Of a stretch of DNA of 64,000 nt, positions 12,279 to 28,594 are shown piece by piece. The notes beneath the pieces are model-generated. The model made no database searches. It was given only the letters and a program-made list of their open reading frames with translations, and was not told where the DNA came from. Positions within the stretch are counted from its first letter, which is position 1. Every line of letters begins with the position of its first letter. Origin of the DNA: Guillardia theta CCMP2712. Taxonomy: Eukaryota; Protista; Cryptophyta. The stretch covers positions 917,607 through 981,606 of the forward strand of contig NW_005434659.1 of the NCBI RefSeq assembly GCF_000315625.1, given 5' to 3'. Both the position numbers and the translations under genes were made by a program.

Positions 12279-13320
12279 CTTACCAGTGATCTGCGCAAGA
12301 AAAGTATGGGAGGAGCCTCAAAGTCTCCGTCAAAGTAGAGGTCGAAGAATTGCAAGCGGGGCAGGAGGTCCATCATCTCGGGGGTCAGAAAGTTCTGGTT
12401 GACAACGAGGAGGAGAGGAGCTGCGCTCCAGCCTCGCAGCAGCTCCCTCCCCACCTTCATGGAGCAGACGACGACACAGACTGAAGGCATGTCAACCCAA
12501 CCTTGGTTCCACACTCAATCCCCTCACATTTGCAGCCTGCATCGTTCGCTCGGACATGCTGCCTCACTGCCTCCAGCTCCTCGTCCAGCTCTCCACCACC
12601 CGGCACAAGGCACAAACTTGCACTGCTCGTGCATGCTCGGCTGGCGGTGTGTTCAACTCGCTCGATGCACATCTGTGACATGTTGGTTGCGATCTCGCAG
12701 GTTGTTCGACTGACCTCACTCTGACATCGTTCGTCGGTGTTGCAGTAGAACGGAATCACCTGCAGGCGTGCACAGACTGAGACTGAGACTGAGACTGAGA
12801 CTGAGACTGAGACTGAGACTGAGACTGAGACTGAGACTGAGACTGAGACTGAGACTGAGACTGAGACTGAGACTGAGACTGAGACTGAGACTGAGACTGA
12901 GACTGAGACTGAGACTGAGACTGAGACTGAGACTGAGACTGAGACTGAGACTGAGACTGAGACTGAGACTGAGACTGAGACTGAGACTGAGACTGAGACT
13001 GAGACTGAGACTGAGACTGAGACTGAGACTGAGACTGAGACTGAGACTGAGACTGAGACTGAGACTGAGACAGCCTTGCGATACTCACACGAGCCAATGA
13101 AAACAGACAAGAAGAACCGATCGATGAGCAAACCAGAAAGCAACACTTAGGAGCAGGAGGAGGAGGAGGAGGAGGAGGAGGAGGAGGAGGAGGAGGAGGA
13201 GGAGCAGCAGCAGCATCAAGAGCAGGAGAGACACTTTCTCATTCTTCTCGTCTAATCATTCACCTTCTGAGCCAGAGGTCGCAGCAGCAGCAGCGACCCG
13301 CCGCTTCCTATCGCCATGGC
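9200..13320 (-). CDS. Cyclic-nucleotide-binding domain (CNBD) protein with several divergent domains, multi-exon
   Basis: Exons encode FVMCSEDEELTSNYIIAQGAVDY...RFTKGDVFG...RVRTGSI...VLVYSREDL and LAGKLKLVELEKGQEICSAGEELKALLIRLRGSI...LSRKDYLEVL, both typical CNBD beta-barrel and hinge patterns. Boundaries are uncertain. Confidence 0.6.
12774..13070. repeat. (GAGACT)~49 perfect hexanucleotide microsatellite, intronic
   Basis: About 297 bp of uninterrupted gagact, lying between a minus-strand GT donor (~13088) and a CAG acceptor (~12760). Confidence 0.97.
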
Positions 13321-14128
13321 TGGTCAGAGCGAGCCGTTGGAGGCCCGGCGGGGTTAGAACCACCGTGGCACCTACTCCTAGCCTTAATTGTTTCAACTTC
13401 AACCCGCCGGGCAATCAGTCTGGCGGGCCTACCCTGGGCCTACCCGGCGGGCCCCGGCCCCGGCCCGGCGGTAATCTGTACCGTACCGTGATCAGCGGCC
13501 CCGGGGCCCGGCCGCCCGGCAGTCACCCGTGCGGATGATGATTATGGTCGACAGTACGGTAGCCTCATGTCCGTGGCGCTGAGCGGCTGGGTTTACTCAA
13601 AGTTAAGGTACGAGTACAATCCGAGCTGAGCGTGGCCGCGCGAAGGGACTTAGGGAAATGAGAGATGCTGTCAGAGGAGCTGAAGAAGGCACTAGAGCCC
13701 TTAAGTTAAATCACTTTTTTACTGGTTTGTTTCCCTGCTGCTTCTTAAAACTCTCCTGTTCGCGTCCTGCCCTCATCCGCCTAGGCGCTGCAAGTACCCT
13801 ACCCCTTCATTTCCAATAACCCACCCATCTACTTCCCCTTCCTTCCTTTCCAGCACACCCCTCCCCGTTTCACCCCCACCCACTCGTCAAGCAGGGCCCC
13901 GGGTGCGCGAAGAAGTTGTGTCGGTCTAGGAGCAAACCTTGAAAGATTGCCGATGGTTTATCAAGTCAGCTTCCCCTTCCCTCCTCTCATCCGCCACCTC
14001 CTCGTTCCCTCTCGTCATATCTCATCCACTCCTCCTCACTCCCCACTCCCCGTTCTCATCCTATTCTCGACTTTCCGCTTTCATTAACGGTACAGATACC
14101 GCTTGCTCAAAACAAATCAAGGGAGACA

Positions 14129-15856
14129 ATGTTTGCTTCCTGCTTAACAATGCCCGCTGGTGCTCAAAAGAAGGAAAAGAAGGCCCTGGTCGTCCCTTTC
14201 TTCTTATTCAAGACCCGCCAAAACCCTGAGGTTGGAAGCTTCAAGAACGTGTACGGTCGCGTCATCCATTACGGAGAGATCCCTCTAGCGCTTGATGAAA
14301 AGACTCTGCAGAAACATGTAGTTGACAGCTGGGTCGAGCTTCGATCCTCGACTTCTAAGATGCTGCACGAAGCGGGGAAATCAAACTTTGATTGCGACGA
14401 CTATTTGCGGAAAATTGCAAAGATTGAAACAACGGTGTCGATTCTTACGAGACACGCAATGATCGAACCCAATCAAAAGGTTTTACCTCTGATCTCTGAG
14501 AAGTTACATCATATAGTGCGTCTGCTGTACATGCCGGCTGCAGACGGCGAAGCCCTTGCGTCGATGTCGATTGAGCTCGCGACACTCGTTGCGGACCTCA
14601 AGTTTCCTCCCACCTTGGTAGAGCCGGAGAGTTCAGTCTTCAAACCCAGCGTTGGAGCTGCGAAAGATCTAGTGAAAAACATCCAGGTAGCGACTGCAGC
14701 CTTGAACGAGAAGCGAGCCAAGTACGACCATAAGAGGGAGAAGAAGTCGAGGAAAACTTGCAAGAAGCATCCTGACGCGGCTGAACGAGCATTACACGAG
14801 AAAAGGAAACGAGCACAACATTTCCGAGTCAGGACCTTCGGCTGGAGGGGAGACCAAGGCATTGACAAAGCCATCAAGGTGATCGATAAGGGCTACACGT
14901 CTTGGGCCGGAGGATGGTCGCCCATTTCCAGCAGCACCTCCACCATCCATGATTCGCTCTGCGATGCTCGTGCTGTGTTGTGGCAGCTTCACTACAAGCT
15001 CAAGGTTGCAGACGCTGCGCTGCTCTTCCAACAGATGGACTACGTGTGCTCAAAGTTGGAGGTCGTAGATATCAACAAGGAACTGAGAGCCGAGGTGAAG
15101 ACCTGGAAGAAATCTGCGATCAGGGAGCTCAAACAGAAGAAGAGCAAGGTCACAGACTGGAGAAGCATGTGCGTCCATTCTCTTGTGCACAGGAAAGCAA
15201 GAATGATGAAGTGGGTGAAGAAACAAGTCTTCAAGCAAGTTATGAGTGATGCACTCGGCGAACTGGGCGATTTGATGGAAGGACTTGACTTGGACTTCGA
15301 CCTCGACCTGGACCTCGACTTCCTTGATGGGTTCGACATGGACATCTTCGAGGGTTTCCCAGACGACATGTTCAACATCCCCATCGGAGATATCAACATG
15401 CCCGACGGCTACGGCGAGTTCTCCCTGAACTCGGGCGAGCAGGACGATGCCATGGATACAGCGCCTGGAGGAGGCTGCGAGGATGTCGAGATTGAACAAG
15501 AGGGTGGTGACGAAGGAGAGGAAGCAGAGGACGAAATTCAAGAGGAGGACCAGGAACAAGACCAGCCTCCGGAGGAGGAGGAGGAGGAGGAGGAGGAAAA
15601 GAAGAAGAAGAAGAAGAAGGATAAGAAGGAAAAGAAAAGTCGAAGGCATCATCGACATCACACCACGACCTTGGAGCAGGTCCCCGAACAACCGGCCTCA
15701 TCTCAGCAGGCCGAGAAGCAAAGCGATGGGGAGATCGAGGTTGGAAAGGACAAGAACAAGCCAAGCGAAGGAGGGTGGACTCAGCCCTGGGTGAACGATC
15801 TGTCAAAGCTGCTTTCCTTTGGTCCAACCCCACCAACGAAGCAAGAAGCAGCGTAA
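14129..15856 (+). CDS. Intronless hypothetical protein (575 aa) with an acidic and lysine-rich C-terminus
   Basis: Long uninterrupted ORF with coding-like codon usage and no recognised domain. Confidence 0.7.
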   Translation: MFASCLTMPAGAQKKEKKALVVPFFLFKTRQNPEVGSFKNVYGRVIHYGEIPLALDEKTLQKHVVDSWVELRSSTSKMLHEAGKSNFDCDDYLRKIAKIETTVSILTRHAMIEPNQKVLPLISEKLHHIVRLLYMPAADGEALASMSIELATLVADLKFPPTLVEPESSVFKPSVGAAKDLVKNIQVATAALNEKRAKYDHKREKKSRKTCKKHPDAAERALHEKRKRAQHFRVRTFGWRGDQGIDKAIKVIDKGYTSWAGGWSPISSSTSTIHDSLCDARAVLWQLHYKLKVADAALLFQQMDYVCSKLEVVDINKELRAEVKTWKKSAIRELKQKKSKVTDWRSMCVHSLVHRKARMMKWVKKQVFKQVMSDALGELGDLMEGLDLDFDLDLDLDFLDGFDMDIFEGFPDDMFNIPIGDINMPDGYGEFSLNSGEQDDAMDTAPGGGCEDVEIEQEGGDEGEEAEDEIQEEDQEQDQPPEEEEEEEEEKKKKKKKDKKEKKSRRHHRHHTTTLEQVPEQPASSQQAEKQSDGEIEVGKDKNKPSEGGWTQPWVNDLSKLLSFGPTPPTKQEAA

Positions 15857-17804
15857 CTGAGCCAGCTCACCTGTTTCTGCCGTTCGAGTCCGAGGAGCCT
15901 TCGTATGTCTGCGGCAGAGTGTAGTTGAATAAAGGATCGTTGAACGTACTACCCGATAGTTGCTGTGCCGCTGATGCCATGATGCCATCCAACGGAGCCT
16001 TAACACTGAGCCTCTGAGTGACTGGCCGGGCTGAAATTGAACTTCACTGGCGGAGTTAAGTCGCGGCTCTGCACCGTGCGGCTGTTCTTCCGTGACTCTG
16101 AGACTCGAACGGCCTCAGGCTAGTACTGCCGCGTGACGGACCGGTGACCGGCGGCCCTGCGGCGGGCGTCCTCGCCGCACCGTGAAAGGGCGGAGGGTGA
16201 AGCGGAGAGGAGATAGAGGATCAGGCTAGAGTCGGCCCTGAGGGCCGACTCTAGCCTGACTTTGAGTAAATGTTCTAGGGCCTCAGTTATTGATGAGTCC
16301 GACGGTCAGACCGTGCGGCGCAGGCCCGGATCCGGTTGACCCGGGATGATGGTCGACCATCTTCTACCCCCTTTTTCTCCAGGATTCCATGGTCTCAGCA
16401 CCCCGGTGGTAAGTGGAGAACCCCCCAGACCCTTACCCCTACGTTTCCCTACTCTCGACGAGACTTATGTAGGGGTAGTGGATGTGTATCTGAGACAGAC
16501 CACCCACCCTATTCAACAACAAAACTCTGAGAAAACCACCGGTGTATGTTAACCCTACCTTACGAAATGATGAAAGTAAAGATACCCGGTACTTTTGATA
16601 TTAAAGTACCGGGTACTGAAACAGGTCTGAGGACCCCCACCCTCTGTTTTCCAGTTATGAGATGACAACCCCTCCTGATAGAAGAATCCTGGTACCCCGC
16701 CGACAACATGAGCAATGTACTTTTGACCCCCACCCTCAGATTTCCATCTCTGATTTCAAATATCCTAACTCATTACATTTTACTAACTCATTTCACGATT
16801 AATTATCAAATTTCCCTCCAACATTTCAAAGAAATTCGATCACCCACCATGGAGCTGCTACAACAATACTCACTATTCACTGACCACCCCTGCTATGATC
16901 ACCCCACCCACCCATACTTTCGGCAGGGCAGCCCCCGCAGCCGCCGTGCAGCATGCTCAGAGCATGTGTACAGCGAGCGAACGTCGACATAATCTAACAT
17001 GCATACATAGGACGAGAACCAACAGTTTATCACTGATCCTCTATCTCCTCTTCGCTTCACCCTCCGCTCCCATGCTTTCATCACTCTCCATCTAGTTCCT
17101 CCTGGATCTATATCCGACACCTTCGACTTTATCCTTCGTGCATCTGTTGCCTTTGTTGCTCCGTTACCTTCTCGTTTCATCTCTATTATTTTGTATCAAA
17201 TCTTGTTGTCACGATATCATCCTCCAGACTGTGATGCGTGTACTGGTTACATTGTTCACCACATCGATCCACGGTCTTCCCCATCCCCATCCCCATCGCT
17301 TCTTTCTTTTGCTATCATGCGGATCATGGAATTTACATGCCATCTTCACCCTTACAAGCTGCACATATTCTCGAGTTCTTTTTTATTTGTGCAATGCCAA
17401 TACCCCATCAAAGTCATCCGCATCAACTTGCGAGTATTCCTCCTTTACTTGAGTTGCAAACATGAGTCTGTTGGTCACATTGCACTTAGTGGACGATTGC
17501 TAAACCTTACTTGATTTCCTAGCCCTTGTTGTGCCTTACACTTCGCGTGCATACCTAATTGGACACTCAAATGTTCGGTTGCGCATGCTGAACCAGCCTG
17601 TTTTGCATTTCCTGAAGTCCTATTTGAATAGGTTGTGTAGGCAGAAGCAGGCCTGCCTCGAAATTTCAGACCATCACTTTCGTAATTGAATCGTTTTGAG
17701 CGAAGAGGAGGCAAACATCAAGTCACAGGGAGGCGGCTCCCTGCATCTTCATACAACGCGAGGGTTCGCGCAAGGATTTTAAGTCGGTCGAGACTTGATC
17801 AGGG

Positions 17805-18869
17805 ATGGGCGCTACAGGCTCTAAGGACAAGTTGGGAGGGTCCCCGAGCATGACAGGACTGTCGAGCAATGTGATAGCGGGTGGAATGCCAGGAGGAGAC
17901 CTTCAGTCTCCGGAACTGAAGTGTGCCGTTCCAATCGCGTTCAGATGGCACCATGGTGCACAGCGGGAGGTTTATGTCGTGGGTTCGTTCAGCAACTGGC
18001 AAACGAAGATTCGTCTGACAAGAGAAGATGATGGGAGCTATGGTACAGTGGTGCAGATTGTGCCTGGTATCCATCAGTACAAGTTCATCGTCGACGGAGA
18101 ATGGCGTTGTGCACAGGTAATAGCTGAATCTTTCTTGCATGCTGAGGGTTGTGTAGTCGTTGTCATGAAGAAAAATCCTTCAGATCGTTGTGATGGAATT
18201 GTTGACAATTTTCCAGGATCAACCAAGATGTTTGGATTCTGTTGGAAATGAAAATAATTGTATTGAGGTCCGCAACATCTTTGATCTCAGGCTTGGTTCC
18301 GGCTGATGAGTACAATACTGAGCAGGTTGAAGAGGCAGAGGCAGCCGAAGAGGCGCCCATGGACCAAGACCCTACAAGAGAAGAGCCGCCTTCTCCTCGA
18401 AACACGTGAGGATCTCGATCTTCCTATCTCGTGGTCAACGCTGGGTTTTGAATTTGATTGCTCCAGATATTCTTGCCCACCGGTCGATCCAGATGAGTAT
18501 ATCAAGGATCCACCAGCGATGCCGCCGCATTTGCAGGTGCTGCACGAGAATCATTGAGAAGGTGGTGCTGACTATGAACTTTCAGTTCTCGCTTCTCAAT
18601 CATCCTCCGATGCCCATGCAAGGATGGTGAGCAAGTGATATTTTGTAACCTGTGGCGTGATGAGCTCGTTGAGCAGCATTCTCCCGATGCCTCATCATAG
18701 CACTCTGAATCATGCGTTTCTCAACAAGGATCTGCCAGATGGACTTGTTGCAGTAAGTCTCTCATGTCCTCACGGGCAAAAGAGTGACGATACTTTGTTC
18801 ATCAGGTTGGGTTGACAAGTCGGTTTAGGGGGAAGTTTGTCTCGACAGTATACTACACTGCAGGTGGTT
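17805..18869 (+). CDS. PRKAB: AMP-activated protein kinase / SnRK1 beta subunit
   Basis: N-myristoylation start MGATGSK; CBM48 glycogen-binding domain FRWHHGAQREVYVVGSFSNW...HQYKFIVDGEW; C-terminal ASC motifs PPAMPPHL, PHHSTLNH and TSRFRGKFVSTVYY. Confidence 0.92.
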
Positions 18870-20749
18870 GACCGTCCTGTTGTCCAGCGGTTTTGACTTG
18901 TCTCTGCTCTCGCTCGCAGCGTCGACATGATGCAGCCCAACTTGTTGAACTGTCCGGCCGGCCTGACTTCCATTTATTTATTCGCCCACAGCAAGATGTC
19001 GTTGAGATCAGTCTCCTGAGAAAGTTGAAGTTTTATGGCTTCCGGGCGTCTCAAGTATGGCGAGGAAAATCTCGACAGTCATCGTCTCAACATTTTTTTC
19101 TGCCTGGAATTCACTGTTTCATACTCAGTCTCATATTTCTACTTGTTTTTTTCTTTCTTCAATAATCATAACCAGGGAAAAATAAAGGAATCAAAACTGT
19201 GCTTCAAGTCGCTTTTGATGTTGGTTGATACTGATGACAACGATGCCGAGGTCATGCTCATCATGTAGTCCTTAGGTAATTACGACAACGATGCCGACGT
19301 ATACTCAGCATGTAGCCCTTACCTTGCACTTTCTTGGCTGAACTGCTTCGATTAGGTCGGGTTAACTGGTGGTCCAAATCTTGCTTTGTCAATGTGCACG
19401 CACACGCTGGGTACCATGAATTTCCTCTTGATGAGTGAAAAGTGATACCAAATGATGGTATTAATTGCTTGAGTGCTCTGATACATCTCTCGAGTGAAAG
19501 CTGCAATGAAAACGTGGGTAAACTTCTATCAGACGAGTATCGCTCCTCTTTGCTCGGCCCCGTCTATCACCTTTTTGAGTAGCACAGACTTGCAAGTATC
19601 GACATATCAACCCCGTTTAAAACAAAATGTTCCAATCACACGTTAATGCACGATATTTTACCTTGGTGAGATCACGGGTTTATATTTATCAAGATGTGAA
19701 TCTCTGTCTCTGTCTCTCTGTCTGTCTGTCTGTCTCTGTCTCTGTCTCTGTCTCTGTCTCTCTCCCCTCCTCCCTTCCCCTTCCTCTCCCTCCCTCCCTC
19801 CCTCCCTCCCTCCCTCCCCCTCTCCCTTCCTCTCTCTTCTACCGACATTGCCCACAAACTTGACGAACCACCTCCACCCCAACAATGTACCGGTACTACC
19901 CCCCTTCATATGCACCTGTCGTTCCCCACTCCCTACACATTGAATATTGATTTCAAATTTCATTTCTCCTCAAATCACTACCCCCTGTGTCGCGCAGTTG
20001 ATATGAATGTACCCCCTTATTTATTTCATCTTAGACGGTCCAGTACCCCCAATTTGCTGACAGTACCCCAGCATTTAAATCAACCTGATGACATCTGAAC
20101 AAAAGTAGAGCTATCCCCCGTTATTTTCAATGCACCCCTACCCCCTAATGAGAACTACCACCCTCCAGCTATCCTTGCAAACTACCCCTGTTGAAAAGGT
20201 AGTGCAGACCCCCTACCATGCGGAATTCAGACCCAATACATCTTACGGCTGTTCTTTCACTACTGTTTCATGCTGCTCCTCTGTGATTCGTTTGCTGTGG
20301 CGAGCACTAAGGAGGAAGAGGAGGAGGAAGAGGGAGAGGAAGGAGGAGTAAAGGGAGAGGAACAAGGACACATGTCCAGTAGTACAGGAAATGCAAGAAC
20401 GTTATGAAAACCAAAGGATGTGGAGTGAAGAAATTTCAAAAGGACAAAGACGTAGTGGGTGAGGAAACACCCATGTTGAAACGAGGACCCAAAATCCTAG
20501 GAAAGTACTGATAATAAGAATGTACATGGTGAAAGATGCGAAATGAGAAAGAATGGGAGAGATCGATTCAGGGCAATGTTCTCACAAAGATGAATAAGAC
20601 TGATAAGGAGAGCTTCAAACTGCAATGTAGGCTGAATCATCTAGTCCTCTATTCCTTCCTTCTGAGAGATCCTGATTCTCATCACTTCCTCTCTGCATCT
20701 TGCTCATTCTTATGGATCTAACATCGTTCATTGACCAGGGAATCGCATC

Positions 20750-24457
<3,708 letters not shown>

Positions 24458-24594
24458 GAGCCCAGCAGGCTCCGAGCAGAACGAGCCGACGAGGTTGTTC
24501 AGCTGGGAATTGACAGGGAAGCCTTCACAGCACGAGGGTTTGACAAGTTTGAGGGTTTTAGCTGGGGTGTGAAAGAATAAACGAGTCAGCTGGA

Positions 24595-26454
24595 CTATGA
24601 GAGGTGCTGGGAAAGCCAGAGTTGCTGCTGCTGGGGGAAGGAGGCGAAGACTTCTCGCATCGGCTCCGCGTACTCCTTGTGCAGGTGACTGATGTAAGAC
24701 ATCATCCCCACCTTAGTCTGCATACAAGTCAGCCTCCTCCTCCTCCTCCTCCTCCTCCTCCTCCTCCTCTTCCTCTTCCTCCTCCTCTTCCTCCTCGTTC
24801 CCTCCTCCTCACCTCCTCCTTCAAGTTCTTCGCGTTCGCCTCGTCAGACAGCAGCGTCACAAAACCGGCGACGGACTTGCCGAGGAAGGGGTGGAGGACC
24901 TCCGGGGAGAGCCTGTAGACGGCGAGGATGCAGGAGGAAACAACCTCGTTCTCCGCCGCATCGCCATGCAGCGGCAGATTCTCAACGAGGACACCAANNN
25001 NNNNNNNNNNNNNNNNNNNNNNNNNNNNNNNNNNNNNNNNNNNNNNNNNNNNNNNNNNNNNNNNNNNNNNNNNNNNNNNNNNNNNNNNNNNNNNNNNNNN
25101 NNNNNNNNNNNNNNNNNNNNNNNNNNNNNNNNNNNNNNNNNNNNNNNNNNNNNNNNNNNNNNNNNNNNNNNNNNNNNNNNNNNNNNNNNNNNNNNNNNNN
25201 NNNNNNNNNNNNNNNNNNNNNNNNNNNNNNNNNNNNNNNNNNNNNNNNNNNNNNNNNNNNNNNNNNNNNNNNNNNNNNNNNNNNNNNNNNNNNNNNNNNN
25301 NNNNNNNNNNNNNNNNNNNNNNNNNNNNNNNNNNNNNNNNNNNNNNNNNNNNNNNNNNNNNNNNNNNNNNNNNNNNNNNNNNNNNNNNNNNNNNNNNNNN
25401 NNNNNNNNNNNNNNNNNNNNNNNNNNNNNNNNNNNNNNNNNNNNNNNNNNNNNNNNNNNNNNNNNNNNNNNNNNNNNNNNNNNNNNNNNNNNNNNNNNNN
25501 NNNNNNNNNNNNNNNNNNNNNNNNNNNNNNNNNNNNNNNNNNNNNNNNNNNNNNNNNNNNNNNNNNNNNNNNNNNNNNNNNNNNNNNNNNNNNNNNNNNN
25601 NNNNNNNNNNNNNNNNNNNNNNNNNNNNNNNNNNNNNNNNNNNNNNNNNNNNNNNNNNNNNNNNNNNNNNNNNNNNNNNNNNNNNNNNNNNNNNNNNNNN
25701 NACGTCCCGTTCGTTGTCAATGTCTAAGTCTCACCATGTGGAAAGGTTGTCACCGTCTCAGCCTCTTCCAGTTTTGTAGGTAGCCATAGGATAAGTTTGA
25801 CAATGCATTGGTGGTCGTCATCCCTCCTCCTCCTCCTCCTCCTCCTCCTCCTCCTCCTCCTCCTCCTCCTCCTCCTCCTCCTCCTCCTCCTCCTCCTCCT
25901 CCTTCTCTCCAACACTCCTCCCCTCCCTCTCCAATCTCGTTCTCTCCTCTCGCCTTCCTCACCGATGGCCATGAGACGGTCAGAAGCTTGACGAGAAGGT
26001 TTCAGGTACTTCTGCAGGCTCGGGTAGATGCCTTCAAAGTAACCGCTGCAGACACGTCAGTCTCCTCCTCGTCACCATCCTCTCTCCTCTCTTCTCCTCC
26101 TTTCTTTCCTCTTTCCTCTTTCCTCTTTCCTCTTTCCTCTTTCCTCTTTCCTCTCTTCTTTCCTCTCTCTGCTCTTTACCTGAATTCTTGGCCATAAACG
26201 GACGCAACAACTCCAAGAAGATCCGCAACCGCATCAATGAGAACCTGAAAATTCCTTAGACTTCCTCCTTCTCCTCCTCCTCNNNNNNNNNNNNNNNNNN
26301 NNNNNNNNNNNNNNNNNNNNNNNNNNNNNNNNNNNNNNNNNNNNNNNNNNNNNNNNNNNNNNNNNNNNNNNNNNNNNNNNNNAGGACGAAGAACGAGGAC
26401 AGAGAGGATTGAGTGTACAAGGACGAGAAAGGATGGAAAAATTGGGAAAGAGGA

Positions 26455-26485
<31 letters not shown>

Positions 26486-28427
26486 CCTTCTCATCCAGCC
26501 AGGCTGTTCGCACGGCGAGGGCCTTGGGGTCACTCTCGTCCTCATCGTCACTGTCCGGGGACACGATCCCCCGCAGGCTCGGAGCCCCATCCTCCTCCAC
26601 CTCCGTCACCCCATCCTCCGACTCGATCGACTCGATCATCTTGGGGAGCAGCGACGGGAGCAGCGGCAGCATCTCCTCCTGCAGCACCCCAGCAAGGTTC
26701 GCAAACGCCCCGTAGGTGTACTCTCTCAGCTCGTTCGAGTCCAGCTGCAGCCCAGCCATCGCCAGCTGGACGAACATGACGCTGTCCCCCGCAAACTTCT
26801 CCTTGCCCACCGTCACCGCCATCACGGCCCCGCACTCGGTCGCGCGCGCTCGTAGGGACAGCGCATCATCCTCCGTCAGGTGCATCAGCTGCAGGACCTG
26901 CTGCATGACGGGCGGGTAGTAGGGCACGAACTTCTCCCCGGACGAGCCGGCAGCGCTGGCGATGGCGGAGATGGCAAGCTCGCGGATCTCGAGCGAGTCC
27001 CCGTGCAGCAGTTCGAGCATCTTTCTCATCAGCTCCTCGAGGTACGGCTCCAGCTCCTCCCCGAGGTTCTCGCAGAAGGCGTCGAGGGCGAACATAGCTC
27101 CCCTCCTCACGTTGGGCGCCGCCTCCTCCTGCAGCGTTCGGAAGATGCCTGGCAGAACTTGTTCGTAGTGCTCCATGATCTCAGGCTGACAGAACTCAGC
27201 GCACTGCACCAGCGCCCAGCACGCGTGCTCCTTCACTACCTTCTCCTGATCCCCTAGCCCCTGCAGCAGCCACGGCAGGATGGTATCCAGCTGCTCCACG
27301 TAGCTCTCCGAACAGCCCTCTGCGCAGACTCCGAGGATGTAGAGTGCTCCTCTCCTCTTGAACTTGTCCGGGCTCGACACGTTGGCCATCACATGCGACA
27401 TGACCTGGGGAACGATGACGCGGGAGGACAGCTGCTGCGACAGGACGTCTAGCGCTACCGTCCCGAACTTGAAGACTGGCTCCTCGTCCGCGTCCTCATC
27501 CTCCTCCTCCCCTCCCTCGCTCGCCAGCGTGAAGGTCGCCTGCAAGATCATCGGGATCATATGCTTCTTCTTCAGCAGCTTCGCCTTCTGACCGCACAGC
27601 TCCGTCACAAACATCATCGCTTTTTCCCGCACCGCCACCTCCACCCGATCCTTCGCACAGGACACATCCAGCATGAACTTCACCAGCGTTGCCAGGTGAC
27701 CCTCCAACAGCTCAAAGTTGCTGTCGATCGTCTCTGTGAGCATCTCGACTGCCTGCAGCGCCGTCTCCTCCTCCCCGACCTCGATGCAGTGCTGAGTGAC
27801 CTGAAGCACCGACGGCACCATCTCTGCTCCCATCGCCTTCTCTTGCCCGCTCTCCAACCACTGAATGAGGTTCCCTGCCGCTGCCAGTGCCGCCATCCTC
27901 ACGGGAGCCGCAGCATCGCTCATGCCTCTGAGGAAGATGCGGACGAGCTGCTGGAAGTGCGGGCGCAGCTGGCTGCCGATGCTGTCGGTCAGGGAGGAGA
28001 ACACCATGAGCGCGACCTCCCTGTGCTCGCTCTTATCGCTCTCGCTCGCTTCCAGGAGGAACTGCAGCAGCCCCGTCCACTGCCCTGCAGGGACTGCAAG
28101 CTTGGCTATGGAGGACACGAGCTCGGCGATGCTTCGCCTCACAAGGTGCTCAGGCTCGTGTGCGAGCATGTGCTCCAGCATGCTCCTGACCCTACCGCGA
28201 TCCTCGTCTCCCATCATGTCCCAATGGCGGATGCACTTGCGGCGGGCAAGCACTGCAGCAAGCTGACGAATCTGAGGGGAAGGAGAAGACATGGCGCGAT
28301 CAATGAGGAGGATCGTGTAGGACGGAGAGGAAGAAACAGCTTTGAGACGCTGTTCTGCTGCCTTGATCCCATCGTTCTGAGGGAGGAGGAGAGCTCCTAG
28401 CAGGGCCTCTGCCTCTGCTGCCTCCAT
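24595..28427 (-). CDS. IPO4: Importin-4 / Kap123 (importin-beta family), interrupted by assembly gaps
   Basis: IBN_N start (IKAAEQRL...RQLAAVLARR), HEAT repeats, LRARATEC, ELREYTYGAF, acidic loop and VRTAWLDEK. The last exon ends ...LWLSQHLS*. Confidence 0.88.
24998..25701. other. Assembly gap (N run); others at about 26283-26382, 29265-29387 and 39954-40053
   Basis: Runs of n. Confidence 1.
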
Positions 28428-28557
28428 CGTGAGGAAAGTGAGGGGATACTGTGAAAGGAAAGAAAGATCAGCAACGAGGACGAGAGGATGGAGAAAGTGC
28501 CTGAAGAGGAGGGAGGAGGGAGAAGAAACAAAGGAGAGGGTTCTCGATTATGCGGAA

Positions 28558-28594
<37 letters not shown>

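Noticed and set aside
12457-13146. ORFs of (SV)n, (SQ)n and (RL)n
   Set aside because: Translations of the intronic GAGACT microsatellite.
24857-25779. Long ORFs containing X runs
   Set aside because: They span an assembly gap.
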